Origin: Macrostomum lignano | Taxonomy: Eukaryota | NCBI GenBank assembly: GCA_002269645.1 | Contig: NIVC01001343.1 | Location: forward strand, 1 to 64,000 | Reading direction: 5' to 3' | Length of the DNA: 64,000 nt | Part shown: positions 25,497 to 37,874 of the stretch, piece after piece | How the letters are laid out: each line of letters begins with the position of its first letter | Numbering within the stretch: the stretch's first letter is position 1 | Position numbers and translations under genes: made by a program | Notes under the pieces: generated by a model | Database searches by the model: none | The model's input: the letters and a program-made list of their open reading frames with translations, nothing else | What the model was told of the DNA's origin: nothing

Positions 25497-25938
25497 CTTC
25501 GAGTCCCCGGTCCAACGGTTCGGCCGCTTCTAGCGACGACAACGGCTTCCGGCTGTGGTTGCAAGCCAAAAATGAGCAGAAACGCAGAGAGGAACGCCGG
25601 GAGCTCGAACGCCAGCAACGCCAAGCCGAGGCTGAAGAGCAGGAACGCCAGAAACGAGCAGAGACGCAGAAAAGTTTTGAAGTCTGGCTGGAAGAAAAGC
25701 GCAAGCGACAGAAGCAGGAGGAGCAGCAGAGATCCGAACGCGAGAAAGCCGAGAAGGAACAACGCGACAAAGAGGCTGAGGAGAAGCGAGAACAGCAGCC
25801 AACTTTTGGCCAGTGGCTGTCCGACAAGCGGTCGCAGAGCGCCAGGGAGAGGGTCTACGCCAAGGCTGAGGAGGAGGAGGCCCTGCAGACCAGCAGTCGG
25901 GGTCACACGCCCAGAGAAGCGCGTCGAGCGTACCGACG
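25497..25938 (+). CDS. CCDC181: CCDC181 coiled-coil exon (5' boundary uncertain)
   Basis: Repeated FxxWL motifs (FRLWLQAK, FEVWLEEK, FGQWLSDK) in a charged coiled coil; donor cg|gtgaga. Confidence 0.8.
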
Positions 25939-26002
25939 GTGAGACAGATTTATTGACTAATTGGTTGTAAAAGTTGTCATACTGGTCCGGACTAGTAGTT
26001 AA

Positions 26003-26330
26003 TACCTGTTAGACAGGATAGTGTCACCTGTTAGACAGGAGTGTCACATTTTATACAGGAGTGTCACATGTTAGACAAGAGTGTCACCTGTTAGACAGGA
26101 GTGTCACCTGTTAGACAGGAGTGTCACCTGTTAGCCAGGAGTGTAACCTGTTAGACAGGATAGTGTCACCTGTTAGACAGGAGTGTCACCTGTTAGACAA
26201 GAGTGTCACATTTTATACAGGAGTGTCACATGTTAGACAAGAGTGTCACCTGTTAGACAGGAGTGTCACCTGTTAGACAGGAGTGTCACCTGTTAGCCAG
26301 CTGTGTAACCTATTAGACAGAAGTGTTTAC
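26003..26330. repeat. 20-bp minisatellite (TCACCTGTTAGACAGGAGTG), ~16 copies, in the last CCDC181 intron
   Basis: Unit read directly; contains the hairpin CCTGT-TAG-ACAGG. Confidence 0.93.
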
Positions 26331-26485
26331 TTATAAGACAGCTGACTATCATATGTTGGTCACCCGATAGACATGAAAAGCCAATTGATATTAAATTAAG
26401 AGCGCAAAAGATCAAATTTGATCGGTGTCAAAGCCGCAACTTTTAAATAAGATCAATTAACGGTTTTTTCATATTTTTAAACCAG

Positions 26486-26654
26486 ATGGCTTCGTCGAAA
26501 AAGCGAGCAGGAGCGCCGAGAAGCGCAGGAGATGCAGCAGCGGCTGAGGATAGCCAATCTGACAATGCGACGGACTCGACGCTCCAGGGAGCTGGCGAGC
26601 GCCATGCTGGCGGCGAACAGCTTCAGATATCTCGACTATTACGGCTGTCGGTAA
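26486..26654 (+). CDS. CCDC181: CCDC181 last exon
   Basis: (R)WLRRKSEQERRE...ANSFRYLDYYGCR* matches the recalled human C-terminus QWLRRKR...AKPFRFTDHYN. Acceptor aaccag|, phase 2. Confidence 0.85.
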
Positions 26655-26760
26655 TGTAACTCGTAATTTTAATAGCAAGAAACATACCGTCACACAGATT
26701 TTTTTCAAATGTTGCACAAAAGCGTAACGCTACATATATTAGCATAACAGTTTGAATTTT

Positions 26761-26781
26761 GAATTTAAATTAGCGCCAAAA
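26761..26781 (-). promoter_or_regulatory. CDE/CHR-like composite motif, copy 2
   Basis: Reverse complement TTTTGGCGCTAATTTAAATTC. Confidence 0.4.
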
Positions 26782-27020
26782 TTTCCGGCTTTATTTTTGC
26801 TTGCTTAAAACTACACACAGTTGTTATGCATGTACAAGTATTGACAGCACGGTTTTTCGCCCTCTAGTAGTTATCGAACACAAAAGAATTGTTGCTACTT
26901 CTTGCTAAAATAAGCTACGACGAGTTAAGTTATCTGATCGACGTCTGAGAAATGTTAGCGTTTTTATTTGAAGAATATTTGTGCGGCGCTTTCTCAGGGT
27001 AATACATTTTTTTATACTTC

Positions 27021-27041
27021 GAATTTAAATTGGCGCCAAAG
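27021..27041 (-). promoter_or_regulatory. CDE/CHR-like composite motif, copy 3
   Basis: Reverse complement CTTTGGCGCCAATTTAAATTC; 30 nt upstream of ATG|gtaagc at 27071. Confidence 0.4.
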
Positions 27042-27351
27042 CATTCCGGCTTTAGTTCGGTTCAAGACAAATGGTAAGCAGCCGTTTCAAGCAACGATCG
27101 TGGTGTAAATTATTTTAATTGCAATTATAATTATTCAAGTGTCCTGAATATATATACGATTGCTAAATACTTATTTTAATGAAGATTAAGTTGTCTTCAT
27201 TTTCGTACGTGTAAAGATTGTTATCTTATCCACGGTAAAACCTGTTTTTCGTTTCTATTTTTATTTCTTAATTTTTTAAAACATTGTCTACCACGATATT
27301 ATTTACATTTGCAGTGGTCTTTTTGCTATAATTCCTATACTTTCTACGAGC

Positions 27352-27393
<42 letters not shown>

Positions 27394-27856
27394 GAGGCCT
27401 AACAAGTCTTCCGTCTATGACATCTGTCGGACTTTCACATCATTTATCAATTTGTTATTGTTTGCTTCAAATTTTGATCTGATCGTGCTACACGATTGTC
27501 CATACATATTTTCTGTATTTATAAGCGTTGAGTTATACTCCACTGTTTTTTAAAAGGATTTGTGGTATTGAGTGAAATATAACTGTTGTGAAACCTGGAA
27601 ATTTCCAAAGATCATTTTATTCGGATAAATTACGTGTAAATTTTTGCGCCGTTGTTACAATGCTTTTACAACACTATACACATGACATGTATTTTGAAAT
27701 AAAAAACTACGAGGGGCCTCCGGAAAGTAGTGTTACTATTACTCGGTGTGGACGTATGGAAAGTTGCACTTGCATGAGTTTGGTGTCATTTGAAAGCGGC
27801 AAGTCTCTTCTTTAAAATGACACCAATTGCAAGAGATTTGAATATGTGCTTCAAGA

Positions 27857-28403
27857 GATCTGTCTCTTGTCTCTTGTCTCTCCCTGTCTCTTGGTGGGCG
27901 CCCCTGTCTCTTGGTGGGCGCCCCTGTCTCTTGGTGGGCGCCCCTGTCTCTTGGTGGGCGCCCGTGTCTCTTGGTGAGCGCCCCCTGTCTCTTGGTGGGC
28001 GCCCCTGTCTCTTGTCTCTTGTCTCTCCCTGTCTCTTGGTGGGCGCCCCTGTCTCTTGGTGAGCGCCCCCTGTCTCTTGGTGGGCGCCCCTGTCTCTTGT
28101 CTCTTGTCTCTCCCTGTCTCTTGGTGGGCGCCCCTGTCTCTTGGTGGGCGCCCCTGTCTCTTGGTGGGCGCCCCCTGTCTCTTGGTGGGCGCCCGTGTCT
28201 CTTGTTGGGCGCCCCTGTCTCTTGGTGGGCGCCCCTGTCTCTTGGTGGGCGCCCCTGTCTCTTGGTGGGCGCCCCTGTCTCTTGGTGGGCGCGCCCTGTC
28301 TCTTGGTGGGCGCCCCTGTCTCTTGGTGGGCGCCCGTGTCTCTTGGTGGGCGCCCCTGTCTCTTGTTGGGCGCCCTTGTCTCTTGGTGAGCACCCCTGTC
28401 TCT
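27857..28403. repeat. ~20-bp GC-rich minisatellite (TCTCTTGGTGGGCGCCCCTG), ~27 copies
   Basis: Unit read directly, with TCTCTTG insertions in some units. Confidence 0.96.
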
Positions 28404-29149
28404 CAAGTGTTCCTGTCTTCCACTCGATCCGCTCTGCGTACATCACGGGTTGCAGTGAATTCATTAAGCGACATTGCTTCAATGCCGAGTTACTACTTCA
28501 AGCGTGTGGCAAGCATGCAGATTGGAAAGCATCGAGTCGCACGCCTGCATGCAGTAGTGGTGTTAAGCTTCAGTCTAACAGAGGACGAGATGGAAGGTGA
28601 AAAATGGCATAGAAAAAAAGTTAATATACGCTTCAACCTTAGCCGAAGTACATTCGCCGAAGTTACAAACTGGTTAGTGCAGCGATTCGGCTGGGTTAGG
28701 GGATGCCACACACACACCGTGCTGCGTGCAATATGCCGGACCCCAAAGACCATAAAACATCTTCCCAAACCTCCTCTTCAGATGCCGATTCGGAACTCTC
28801 CCACTTTCCCAGATTCCCAATTTCCGTGCCTCGCTTTCCCCCCCCCCCTGCGTCCTCCATCTCCCCCAATTCTAGAGACTCGACTAAACACGCAGCAGCA
28901 GCCAGCGAAAGACGCAAAGTCCAACCAACCACGAACTGTCCCATTTCCCTGGTCCGGGAGATCGCCATTCCCTATAAATATGAAGCTCTAGTCAGGACTG
29001 CGCTGCCTACAGATTAGGCAAAAGTCGTAGTGGAACTGTTTATAATTGTCCCAAATCAGCGTAAATCTTGACCAGCAGTATATACTGCAGTAAATGCTTA
29101 CTTAGCTGGCATTTCTAGGAAATAGTTTGCGGTGTTAGTGCCAGGGAAA

Positions 29150-29998
29150 ATGTCCCAGACTAACAGCGCCTGCAACAGAAGTTTCGGCGCAGCGTCGATC
29201 GCGGCCGCAAATCCTGGCTTGCTGCTTTCTCGGCTATCCGACGACTTCCTGCGCTGTCCTCAGTGCCTTCTGCGCTTCGAGCAGCCGCGGCTTCTTGTTT
29301 GCCTGCACGCCGTCTGCCGCGGCTGTCTGGACACCTTGGCAGCTGCGGCGGCGCCTACAAGACCGTCGCGTTATCGAAGCATCCAGATCAGCGTCCAGTG
29401 TCCGACTTGTCACCGACTGACTGACGTCACTCCCGGAGTTGATCGCCTACCGATTGACAGTGTCCGAACTCGACTGCTTGAGCTGGTGAGCTTGGCTCAG
29501 GAACAGACTGCTGCTGCGTCTTCTTCTTGTGCTTCTACTAGTGCCGCCATGAGCGACGGAGCCGCCGCGGAGCTGTGCGACCTCTGCAATCGAAGCCGGC
29601 AAGCCAGCAGCAGGTGCTTGGACTGCGGCAAGCTTCTCTGCATCGCTTGTCGTCAGCGGCATCGGCGAGTGCGCGTCACCAGCGAGCACGAATTGGTAGA
29701 CGTTGACCGGCAAATGGAGCTCCGATGCGAACGGCACAGCGACGAGCTGGTGCGATTTTTCTGCACCTCCTGCCAGACAACGGTGTGCATCGGGTGCACC
29801 TTCTCGAGCGAGCACGCGGAGCACACAGTGCTCAAGTTCAAAGACGCCGCCCAGCAGAAGGCGGACGAATTGGCCGAGTTCTCCCGGCTCAGCGGTGACA
29901 AGCTGCGCCAGGTGAGATCGGCTCTGCAACTGGCCAGGAATATCGAGGCGCACCTCACTGACACGGAGACGGCTATCCGGGAGGCTGCCAACCAGCAG
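29150..29998 (+). CDS. TRIM protein exon 1: RING, B-box1, B-box2, start of coiled coil
   Basis: CPQC...CLHAVCRGC...CPTC (RING); CDLC...CLDC...C...H...H (B-box1); CERH...FCTSC...CIGC...H..H (B-box2). Donor cag|gtcagt, phase 0. Confidence 0.93.
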
Positions 29999-30364
29999 GT
30001 CAGTTTAGGCGTTTAGTTTAGAGTCACAGCATTATAGCGATTCCCCCGAGCCTTAACATCTTAGAAATATCCAATGAGCCAATTAACATCTCAGAAATAT
30101 CCTATGAGCCTTGGCATCTTAGCAATTCCCCAATTAATCTTTTAGTGTCTGTGCATGAGGCTTATTGTATGTTTGACATGATGATTCTTTTACTTTTGCA
30201 TGACCATAATTTCGGTGACAATATCTTACGAGAGACTACTATTTAGTTCTCAGGGGGGACGAATCAAGGCGCCAGCTTGCAGGCAGGCAGGCACTTACAT
30301 GTCACAACAGGGTGTAACGGCGTCCTTGACTTTCTCTGGCCGAACTACCGACCTTCCTCTACAG

Positions 30365-31823
30365 GTAGCGGCAATCAAAGCAGCTCAGCAGATTCTGCTG
30401 GAGGAGCTGCGCAGTTTCTACGACTGCTGCTCGAATCTGCTGTCCGGTCGGCACGAAATCGCAGCGGCACTTCGCGATCTCACCGAGGTCAGCAGCTTCA
30501 GCGAGCTGGTGGAACGCGGCCGCTACTCCGAGTCGCTGATGCTGGCGCCTCGAGTGGCGGCTACCCTGGCTCGCTACACCAACTACCAGCCGCCGACGCC
30601 GCCGCCGACGCCGCGCCGATTCCGGCTGCTGTTTCTCGACGCCGCTTCGTCAAACGAAGTGACGACGCCGGCCATCACCCTTGGAAGATTGGAGATGCAA
30701 CGCCTGACGGCGTCCTGCTGCTTCAGCGAGAGCGGCAGCACCGCCGGCAGCTGCGTTGATGTCACCTCGTTAAGCAGCAGCGACAGCGGCAGCAGCTGCG
30801 ATCTGACAGCCGACGCCGGGGAAGAAGAAGCCTCCGTCATGGCTGAGTCATTTTTCACGTACGACAACAGCACGCTTCGCTCGTCGGTGTGCCGGTCGCT
30901 GACAACCGACACTCTGGTGGCAAGTAGCGTAGACGCCGAATGCCAAACCGACTTCCATCTGGTAGTGCAACTCGGCTTTGCCAAGGCCTGCAGGCACGAA
31001 TTCCTACAGAATGTTATTGGGGCATCAAATTCGCTGGTAGCAACTGACGAACTGGATCAATCGAGCGTGACGGTGTGTCAACAGGATTTACTACTGACGA
31101 GGGAGCAGTGCACAAATTACTTGGAACCTGTGCTGCAGATTGCGCTACCCTGTTCGGAGACCAAAGGTGTGTTCTGCAACGCGGTCACTACCTGGCAACA
31201 CGATCTCGACTCTGTTGCCATTCTCCAAACGGAACCAAGAAGACGTCAAACATCGGAGGACGAAGTTCGAGTCTGCAGCGTGATGTTCTCTTCAATGGAA
31301 AGCAACGACTGCGACAGTTTAGAATTGAATTCGCCGCCAAAGTTGCTCAGTAGCGTTGGTTGTCAAGGCGACAAGAGGTCGAGTGAATTAGCGACGCCGA
31401 AAACCGCAACAGTTGCGGCAACGCAGACGCCGCATTTGCCACGTCGCCGAGATTTGGCCGACGGCTGCTCGCAAACAGCTCAGCTGGCTTCGTTCTCGCG
31501 CAACATCCAGGTAGAGGCCGACTCCGAGGAGCGAGCAACTCAGACCGTTCGGCTACGGCGCTGGGACGAGAGCCGAGTGGACCGGGCCACCCAGTGGGAG
31601 CCGGGCCCCGCCCGGACCTACCAGGAGTTCTACCGATCCGGCCGGCTCGTTCGCGTGGTCGGCTGCAGCGGCGACGTTTGCAACTCGCTAGCGCTGAGCC
31701 CGAGAGCCACACGGCGGCATGGAGACGCGTCGTCTGCAGCATCGAAAACCGCCGAAGAACCTCAGCTGCACCAGCTGACTCAGATGATGAAATCCAAACC
31801 CCAACCAGAAGTCCTTCCTTTAG
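30365..31823 (+). CDS. TRIM protein exon 2: coiled coil plus a long low-complexity tail with QT motifs
   Basis: Acceptor ctctacag| in frame with exon 1; open to donor g|gtaatt (phase 1). Confidence 0.85.
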
Positions 31824-32092
31824 GTAATTCTTGGTTTACTGAACAGCTCTCGTGCCACTCGTTCACATTCATTTGGGGCTTGTGCTCGAAAGTTGATCGG
31901 GGGAGTTGTTGTACGATTCACACTCATGAAGGCCAGCCGCCAAGGCACGGAGAGTGCACATTCCTGACGATTCGAAAGTCAAAGGGTCGCTGTATGCCCC
32001 GTGAGAAAGTGTGTGTGCGAGTGCGTGTTTGCATACAGCGTTGCGCCGTACAAATTTCCCGCAACCCTCTTTTCCCAATCTTTATTTTCCAG

Positions 32093-32298
32093 GTCATTCT
32101 TCGTCCACATGCGCTGCGGGTGTTCCGTCGACATCTGGAGCTCGGCCAGCAGCCAGTGGCGTTAAATTTCCCAAACCGACGGCGAAGCTCGAGGAGACCA
32201 TGTCCTCCCTGGATCGGCTGAGGAATTTCTGCTCGCGATTGAGACAGCGCAGGACGGGACTAGGGAAGCAGAAAGTTGTGCTGCTGACGGACCAGTGA
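32093..32298 (+). CDS. TRIM protein exon 3 (stop); total ~837 aa
   Basis: Acceptor ttattttccag|, phase 1, reads GHSSSTCAAG...VVLLTDQ*. Confidence 0.8.
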
Positions 32299-33214
32299 CT
32301 GGGCGGTTTGAGCAGAGTAAATTGGGGAAATTTCAAATTTCAAAGGTCAAATTTCACTTCAAAACGCGTTAGGAAGTCTGATCATTTGTTCACAGGTCTA
32401 TTGAATCCTGATCTCCTCTCCACTCTCCGCTTCACTCCTCTCCTTTCCTCTCCTCTCCTCTCGTCTCCTCTCCTCAGACATAAACGAGCTTTTTAAGAGT
32501 ATAAATGGCTGGTCGACCCCAAAATTGGAGCAAAAAGTAATAAGATGCGCATTTGAAGAAAAATCAGACCTTAGAAGTAATCCCCCTAAGCTATTAGTAT
32601 CTGAGGTTTATGATGCGGTAACCGGAAACTTTTTGATTTCATAATTTCACTGATTACTTTGCATATCGTTCGTTTTTGTTCAAGCATACGCTCGTACGCC
32701 TACTTAAAAGTAGTCTATTGGTTTTGTAATATTTTCAACGTTTAAAACTAACTTTCAATGCCACAGTTTTTTATCTGATAAATTTTCTCATGTACTAATA
32801 TGCTACTGAATAATCGTAAGTTGCAGTAGCAACATATTTATACATATAGGACGTGACTGCAGGATTAAATATAAATTTATTTTATTTTTCAGCATATTCT
32901 ACCATCCAAGAAAAGTCTTTTAACTCAAAATTCTTCATTGCTATCTTTAATTGAGTTTATGTGGGGTTTATGGTTAATTTAGTACCTAATAAAGGTTTCG
33001 ACTTGACTTGAGTTCAAAGGCAGACAGAGAAAGGGTGGAGCGGCTCTTGCATCCGGGATCTCCTGTAATAAAATGGGATTTCGAAAAAGCTCTTTTTGGG
33101 GAAGAAAGCCAATCGAAAAAGATAAAAGTTAAAGCTTGTTTTACTGGAATCAAATTGGAAGTCACCAAAAAACTTTTAACTTTTCTTTCCTTGTCTCAAT
33201 CTCGTTCCATACCT

Positions 33215-33478
33215 CACTGTCTCTCGCTCTACATCTCACTGTCTCCCTCTCAATATCTCACTGTCTCCCTCTCAGCATCTCACTGTCTCCCTCTCCACAT
33301 CTATCTTCTTCACTCTCTTCTCTCCACATCTCAATGTCTCCCTCTCCATATCTCACAGTCTCCCTTTCCTTATCTTACAGTCTCCCTCTCCACATCTCAC
33401 TGTCTCCCTCTCCACATCTCACTGTCTCCCTCTCCACATCTCACTGTCTCCCTCTCCACATCTCACTGTCTCCCTCAC
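33215..33478. repeat. 22-bp CT-rich minisatellite (TCTCCCTCTCCACATCTCACTG), ~12 copies
   Basis: Read directly. Confidence 0.9.
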
Positions 33479-33837
33479 CATTATTCCCATTCAGAGTCAG
33501 TTCAGTTTTTTTCAAAACCATTTTACTAAAAGAAAGAAGATTCTTGACAGTTCACCCATCAGGTACATCAAAGAACCATGCAAGGTCTTCTTTTTAACTT
33601 TAACTTTGAAGTTTCTGACATCAAAGCGACATCGCCCAGCTAGTAATTTGTTACCGTGGCGAGTAAGTTCACCCTTGCCGTTGGGAGTTGTAAAATGTCA
33701 GGAGAAAAAGAGAGCAGTTGCTTGTGCGAGCTATACTGAGGATTCAGTCAGTGACTCGATCGTTTTAAAAGAAATTTAAAATTTTAACTTGACAAAATTT
33801 ACTTCAGCATGTGGGTCTGAGTGCCACGGTGTGTCAT

Positions 33838-34200
33838 AGTTAGAACCTGTTAGATTAGAACCTGTGTTAGATTAGAACCTGTTAGATTAGAACCTGTTAG
33901 ATTAGAACCTGTGTTAGATTAGAACCTGTGTTAGATTAGAACCTGTTAGATTAGAACCTGTTAGATTAGAACCTGTTAGATTAGAACCTGTTAGATTAGA
34001 ACCTGTTAGATTAGAACCTGTGTTAGATTAGAACCTGTGTTAGATTAGAACCTGTGTTAGATTAGAACCTGTGTTAGATTAGAACCTGTTAGATTAGAAC
34101 CTGTTAGATTAGAACCTGTTAGATTAGAACCTGTTAGATTAGAACCTGTTAGATTAGAACCTGTTAGATTAGAACCTGTTACATTAGAACTGTTACATTT
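33838..34200. repeat. 15/17-bp minisatellite (TTAGATTAGAACCTG, +TG variant), ~23 copies
   Basis: Read directly. Confidence 0.95.
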
Positions 34201-35010
34201 GAACCTGCTATACACGCAGATAAATCAGCCTACATTATAAGCGCCACAATTTCAGTGTATCACAGCACAAAGGTACCCAGAGATAATTAATTCAATAACG
34301 AATTTGACATACTCAATTGCAGCGGCACTGCTAGCATGTACAAATGTTAGCCCAAGTTTGGCATCGCCCAAGGCTAACTAGAGAAAAGATCGAGAGAGGT
34401 GATGTGCGTGTGTGCTCCGCTCACTTTATAATAAATATTATAATTCAGTATATGCAGTTGATATTCTTTGGCACAAAAATCCAGAGCGACTGACTCACTG
34501 CGCGCATGCAGTCTTGATTGGGTCACGTCTTCTGGATCATCACTAGCTAACTCCCCCCCCCCCTGGCCTCTCACTCTCAGACTGCCCGCTCTGGTCTGTC
34601 GTCTGTTACCAGCACCACCCCCTTCCCGCCCCCTTAATTCCCCAGAGGCGTGGCGGTGGTTGGCTAAGGGGGCCGGGGATAGGTCGAGAGAGAGCGCAAG
34701 TGAAGAGAAGTGAGTGAGAGACTGATACGCACTGCTGTGCCCTGGCGTCTTGGTATACAGCTACATAGTAGTGTAGCAGCTTTTTTATATATAAAACCCG
34801 CGAAGCTCCTTCCACTACTGATGCGTGATCTAGCAGGCCTCTTTTGACTTTTATATTTAGCACCCCACTGTAAAGTCTCTTACGTATCAAGTCACGTTCT
34901 CGATTGACTCAACTGACTTGACCAGTGACCAACCAGGCAAAACTTCATTGGATTAAAAAGGGCTTGGGCGAGATCGCGCACCCTCTGCTAAGTGCTGTGT
35001 TAGGCAAAAA

Positions 35011-36024
35011 ATGGAGCACACTAATTCGCACTCGACCACTGCCCGCTGGTCCACGCTCGGGCGCAGAAGTGTTCGCAACCTGACTGCACTGTTGAGACGT
35101 GGCGGCGGTGGACACCAAGGCAGCACTACAGACAGCAGCAACAGTGCAAATCGGCAATCCCAGCAGCTGCTATTGCAGCATCAGTCGTCGCGCACTAACC
35201 AACGCCTGTCAATGCTTGACAACAACTGCGTTGCCGGCTGGAACTGCATCGATCGAGGCGAGCCAACGGATTTTGAAACTGTCAAACAGCAAAATCAACA
35301 ACAACAACAACAACAACAGCAACAACAGCAGCAGAAACTGGAGCCATCCAGGATTCGAACCACTGTACTCGGCTGTCCCAAACGTCTGCGAGCGTCCATG
35401 CCTGCTGCGGCTCGGAAGCAGGTCATTCCGCAACAGCTGCCGCCAGAACCGATTGACGCTGTTGCACCGTCGCCGCTGTTTGAAACCCGTCGTCATCAGC
35501 ACCGCCAGCACCAGCATCTGCACCAACGGTCCAACCTGACCGATCAATCAGTCAACGGTAGCGCCGGCACTGAAGACCCCAGAGACTTGCTACTTGAGCT
35601 CGAAGGCCAGCAGCGTCGCTTAACTATCGTTGGTCGTCAGCTGTCCAGTCCGGCCGATCTCTGGGCCCTGTTCGCCAGCCAGTGGCCGGTTGCTGTGCAG
35701 TCTCTGGGCAGCCGATGGCGCATCCGTCTCCAACGATCCGACTGGCCCAGCAGCTGTTGGCAGACTCTGACTTCGGCTGATTCGGCGTCGAAACTGCCGC
35801 AATTGCGTCGTCTGCCGCCAGATTCGCTGCTTCTCATGGAGTCGACGTCCAGCGGTAGTGGCGGCGGAAGCGCGTGCAGCGTAGCGTCCACCTCGGCGAC
35901 GGCTGGGTGCAGCTGCGAGTGCACCTGCCGGGCAGGCGCAGGTTCGACTAAAACTGCTGCTGTTGCTTCTTCGTCGGCTACTCCCGGAGGCAGTCAGCAG
36001 AGAATTGAACGTCTGGAGGCTCAG
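35011..36024 (+). CDS. AIP3/Bud6-domain protein (SRCIN1/KIAA1217-like) exon 1
   Basis: ATG, Q-rich N-terminus, LLLELEGQQRRLTIVGRQLSSPADLWALFASQWP resembling the AIP3 N-terminal subdomain; donor cag|gtgaat, phase 0. Confidence 0.75.
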
Positions 36025-36339
36025 GTGAATATTAAGGAAATTTTAATTACTACTCTATGTACTCCTGAGAGAATAGTGCTGCATACAGTACACGTGCAAT
36101 CAGTGTAAAACTTGCGGTAAATATTTACCTTCTCAAGTACCTTCTTCATTAGTCATCTTGTAATCCATACCACTGACTCCTGACAAGCACGCCAAGACAC
36201 ACTCTCTGTGCCTTCTTGAGGATTTGAGGACCGATCATGGGTGTGAATCCCGCGACAACCCCAAATGAATGTGGAATTGATGGTCGTGGTGCCGTGGCTC
36301 AAGAGTCAGACATTTCAAGCCTGTTAAATTTCTTCCCAG

Positions 36340-36996
36340 GTGACTTCCATCGCTCGTCAGCTAGACGGCCGTCGGCACCGCCTAACAAATCTACGCGACG
36401 AGTGCCGGCAGCTGCGCTCCGCCCAGGACGCTCTGCGACGCGAGCACGAGACTCGCACCAGCGAGACCCGGCGAATGTTTGTCAGTCTCTCTAGCAACGT
36501 TCAGCGCATCCTGGCTGGCTGGGCAGATGCCGGCCAGCAAACTGTTCAAATGGTCAGCTCCGAGCAGCGCAGTCGAATCCAAGCCGAGCTCGAGTCCTAC
36601 CGTCTGGAAGGCGCCGAAGTCTCTGCTCTGCTAGACGACGTCGATGCCACCACCAGCGAACTGCGGCAGGATGTCCTGCAGCACCGCTGCCGCTCCAGTT
36701 CAGCCGAGGTTGAACTGCTGGCGTTGCATCTCAGCCGAGCTACTCAACGGTTGGCTTCGTTGAAGAATCGATTTCCTGAGCTGGAGGCTCGAACTCGAAA
36801 CCTACTGCGTCAAGAAGCCGACACCGTGGCTTGCGACGAGCGGCATTTAGCGGACGAACAGCAGCGGCTGGAGTCCTGGCTGCGACGAGTCAAGAAGCTG
36901 ACGATGATGCTGTACACATTCAAGCAGCTGGCGGAGGCTCAGGCCAAGGAGTCCGAGGTGGCCGGGCCAAGGATGACTGCGGCTTTGGCCGAATGC
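36340..36996 (+). CDS. AIP3-domain protein exon 2 (coiled-coil core)
   Basis: LKNRFPELEARTRNLLRQEADTV...EQQRLESWLRRVKKLT resembles recalled SRCIN1 LKAHFPGLQSKMRVVLRVEVEAV...EPQRLDGLLKRC. ttcccag| and |gtgagt. Confidence 0.85.
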
Positions 36997-37026
36997 GTGA
37001 GTCTTCGGGAACTCTGGACATAGGGG

Positions 37027-37605
37027 ATTTGGGAGGTTGGCCCAGCAACTGAGGATCTGGGAGAGTGGCCCAGCAACTGACACTCTGGGAGGCTGGCCCA
37101 GCAGCTGAGGATCTGAGAGGCTGGCCCGGTAACTTGGGATCTGGGAGGCTGGCCCAGTAACTTGGGATCTGGGAGGCTGGCCCAGTAACTGGGGATCTGG
37201 GAGGCTGGCCCAGTAACTGAGGATCTTGGAGGCTGGCCCGGCAACTGAGGATCTGGGAGGCTGGCCCAGCAACTGACACTCTGGGAGGCTGGCCCAGCAA
37301 CTGAGGATCTGGGAGGCTGGCCCAGTAACTTGGGATCTGGGAGGCTGGCCCAGTAACTGGGGATCTGGGAGGCTGGCCCAGCAACTGACACTCTGGGAGG
37401 CTGGCCCAGCAACTGACACTCTGGGAGGCTGGCCTAGCAACTGAGGATCTGGGAGGCTGGCCCAGTAACTTGGGATCTGGGAGGCTGGCCCAGTAACTGG
37501 GGATCTGGGAGGCTGGCCCAGTAACTGAGGATCTTGGAGGCTGGCCCGGCAACTGAGGATCTGGGAGGCTGGCCCAGCAACTGACACTCTGGGAGGCTGG
37601 CCCGG
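37027..37605. repeat. 28-bp minisatellite (CTGGGAGGCTGGCCCAGCAACTGAGGAT), ~21 copies
   Basis: Read directly; begins ~30 nt after the exon 2 donor. Confidence 0.96.
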
Positions 37606-37874
37606 GATTTTCCAAGAAACCTATCATTTTTCAGTTTTCCATGCGTTAAAAAAACGCTACCTCCCTCAATTTGAGCAACTAAGAAAGCTGTTTTGTTCCT
37701 AAATTTATCACTTTTGCTTCCGCTGACAAGCCTAATTTGTAAGCTAAAAGATAATTAGGCTCTGAGAATAATTGCCGCAAGCTTGGGGATAAAATTGATG
37801 GATGCTGTCAGAGATTTGACTGGCTACCGACAGGACAGATGAATAAGACTTGTTCTGTCAATCACTCGTAGACG

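Noticed and set aside
25423-25970. Antisense and alternate-frame ORFs over CCDC181, the TRIM, AIP3, CISD2, polyQ and FReD exons
   Set aside because: Shadows of GC-rich coding exons that already have a homology-supported frame.
27739-28482. Repetitive ORFs (RDRGAHQETG..., and similar at 576-1280, 13540-13947, 14607-14945, 19880-20068, 36847-37627, 44444-44668, 48334-48684)
   Set aside because: Each is a read-through of a mini- or microsatellite, open in several frames and on both strands.
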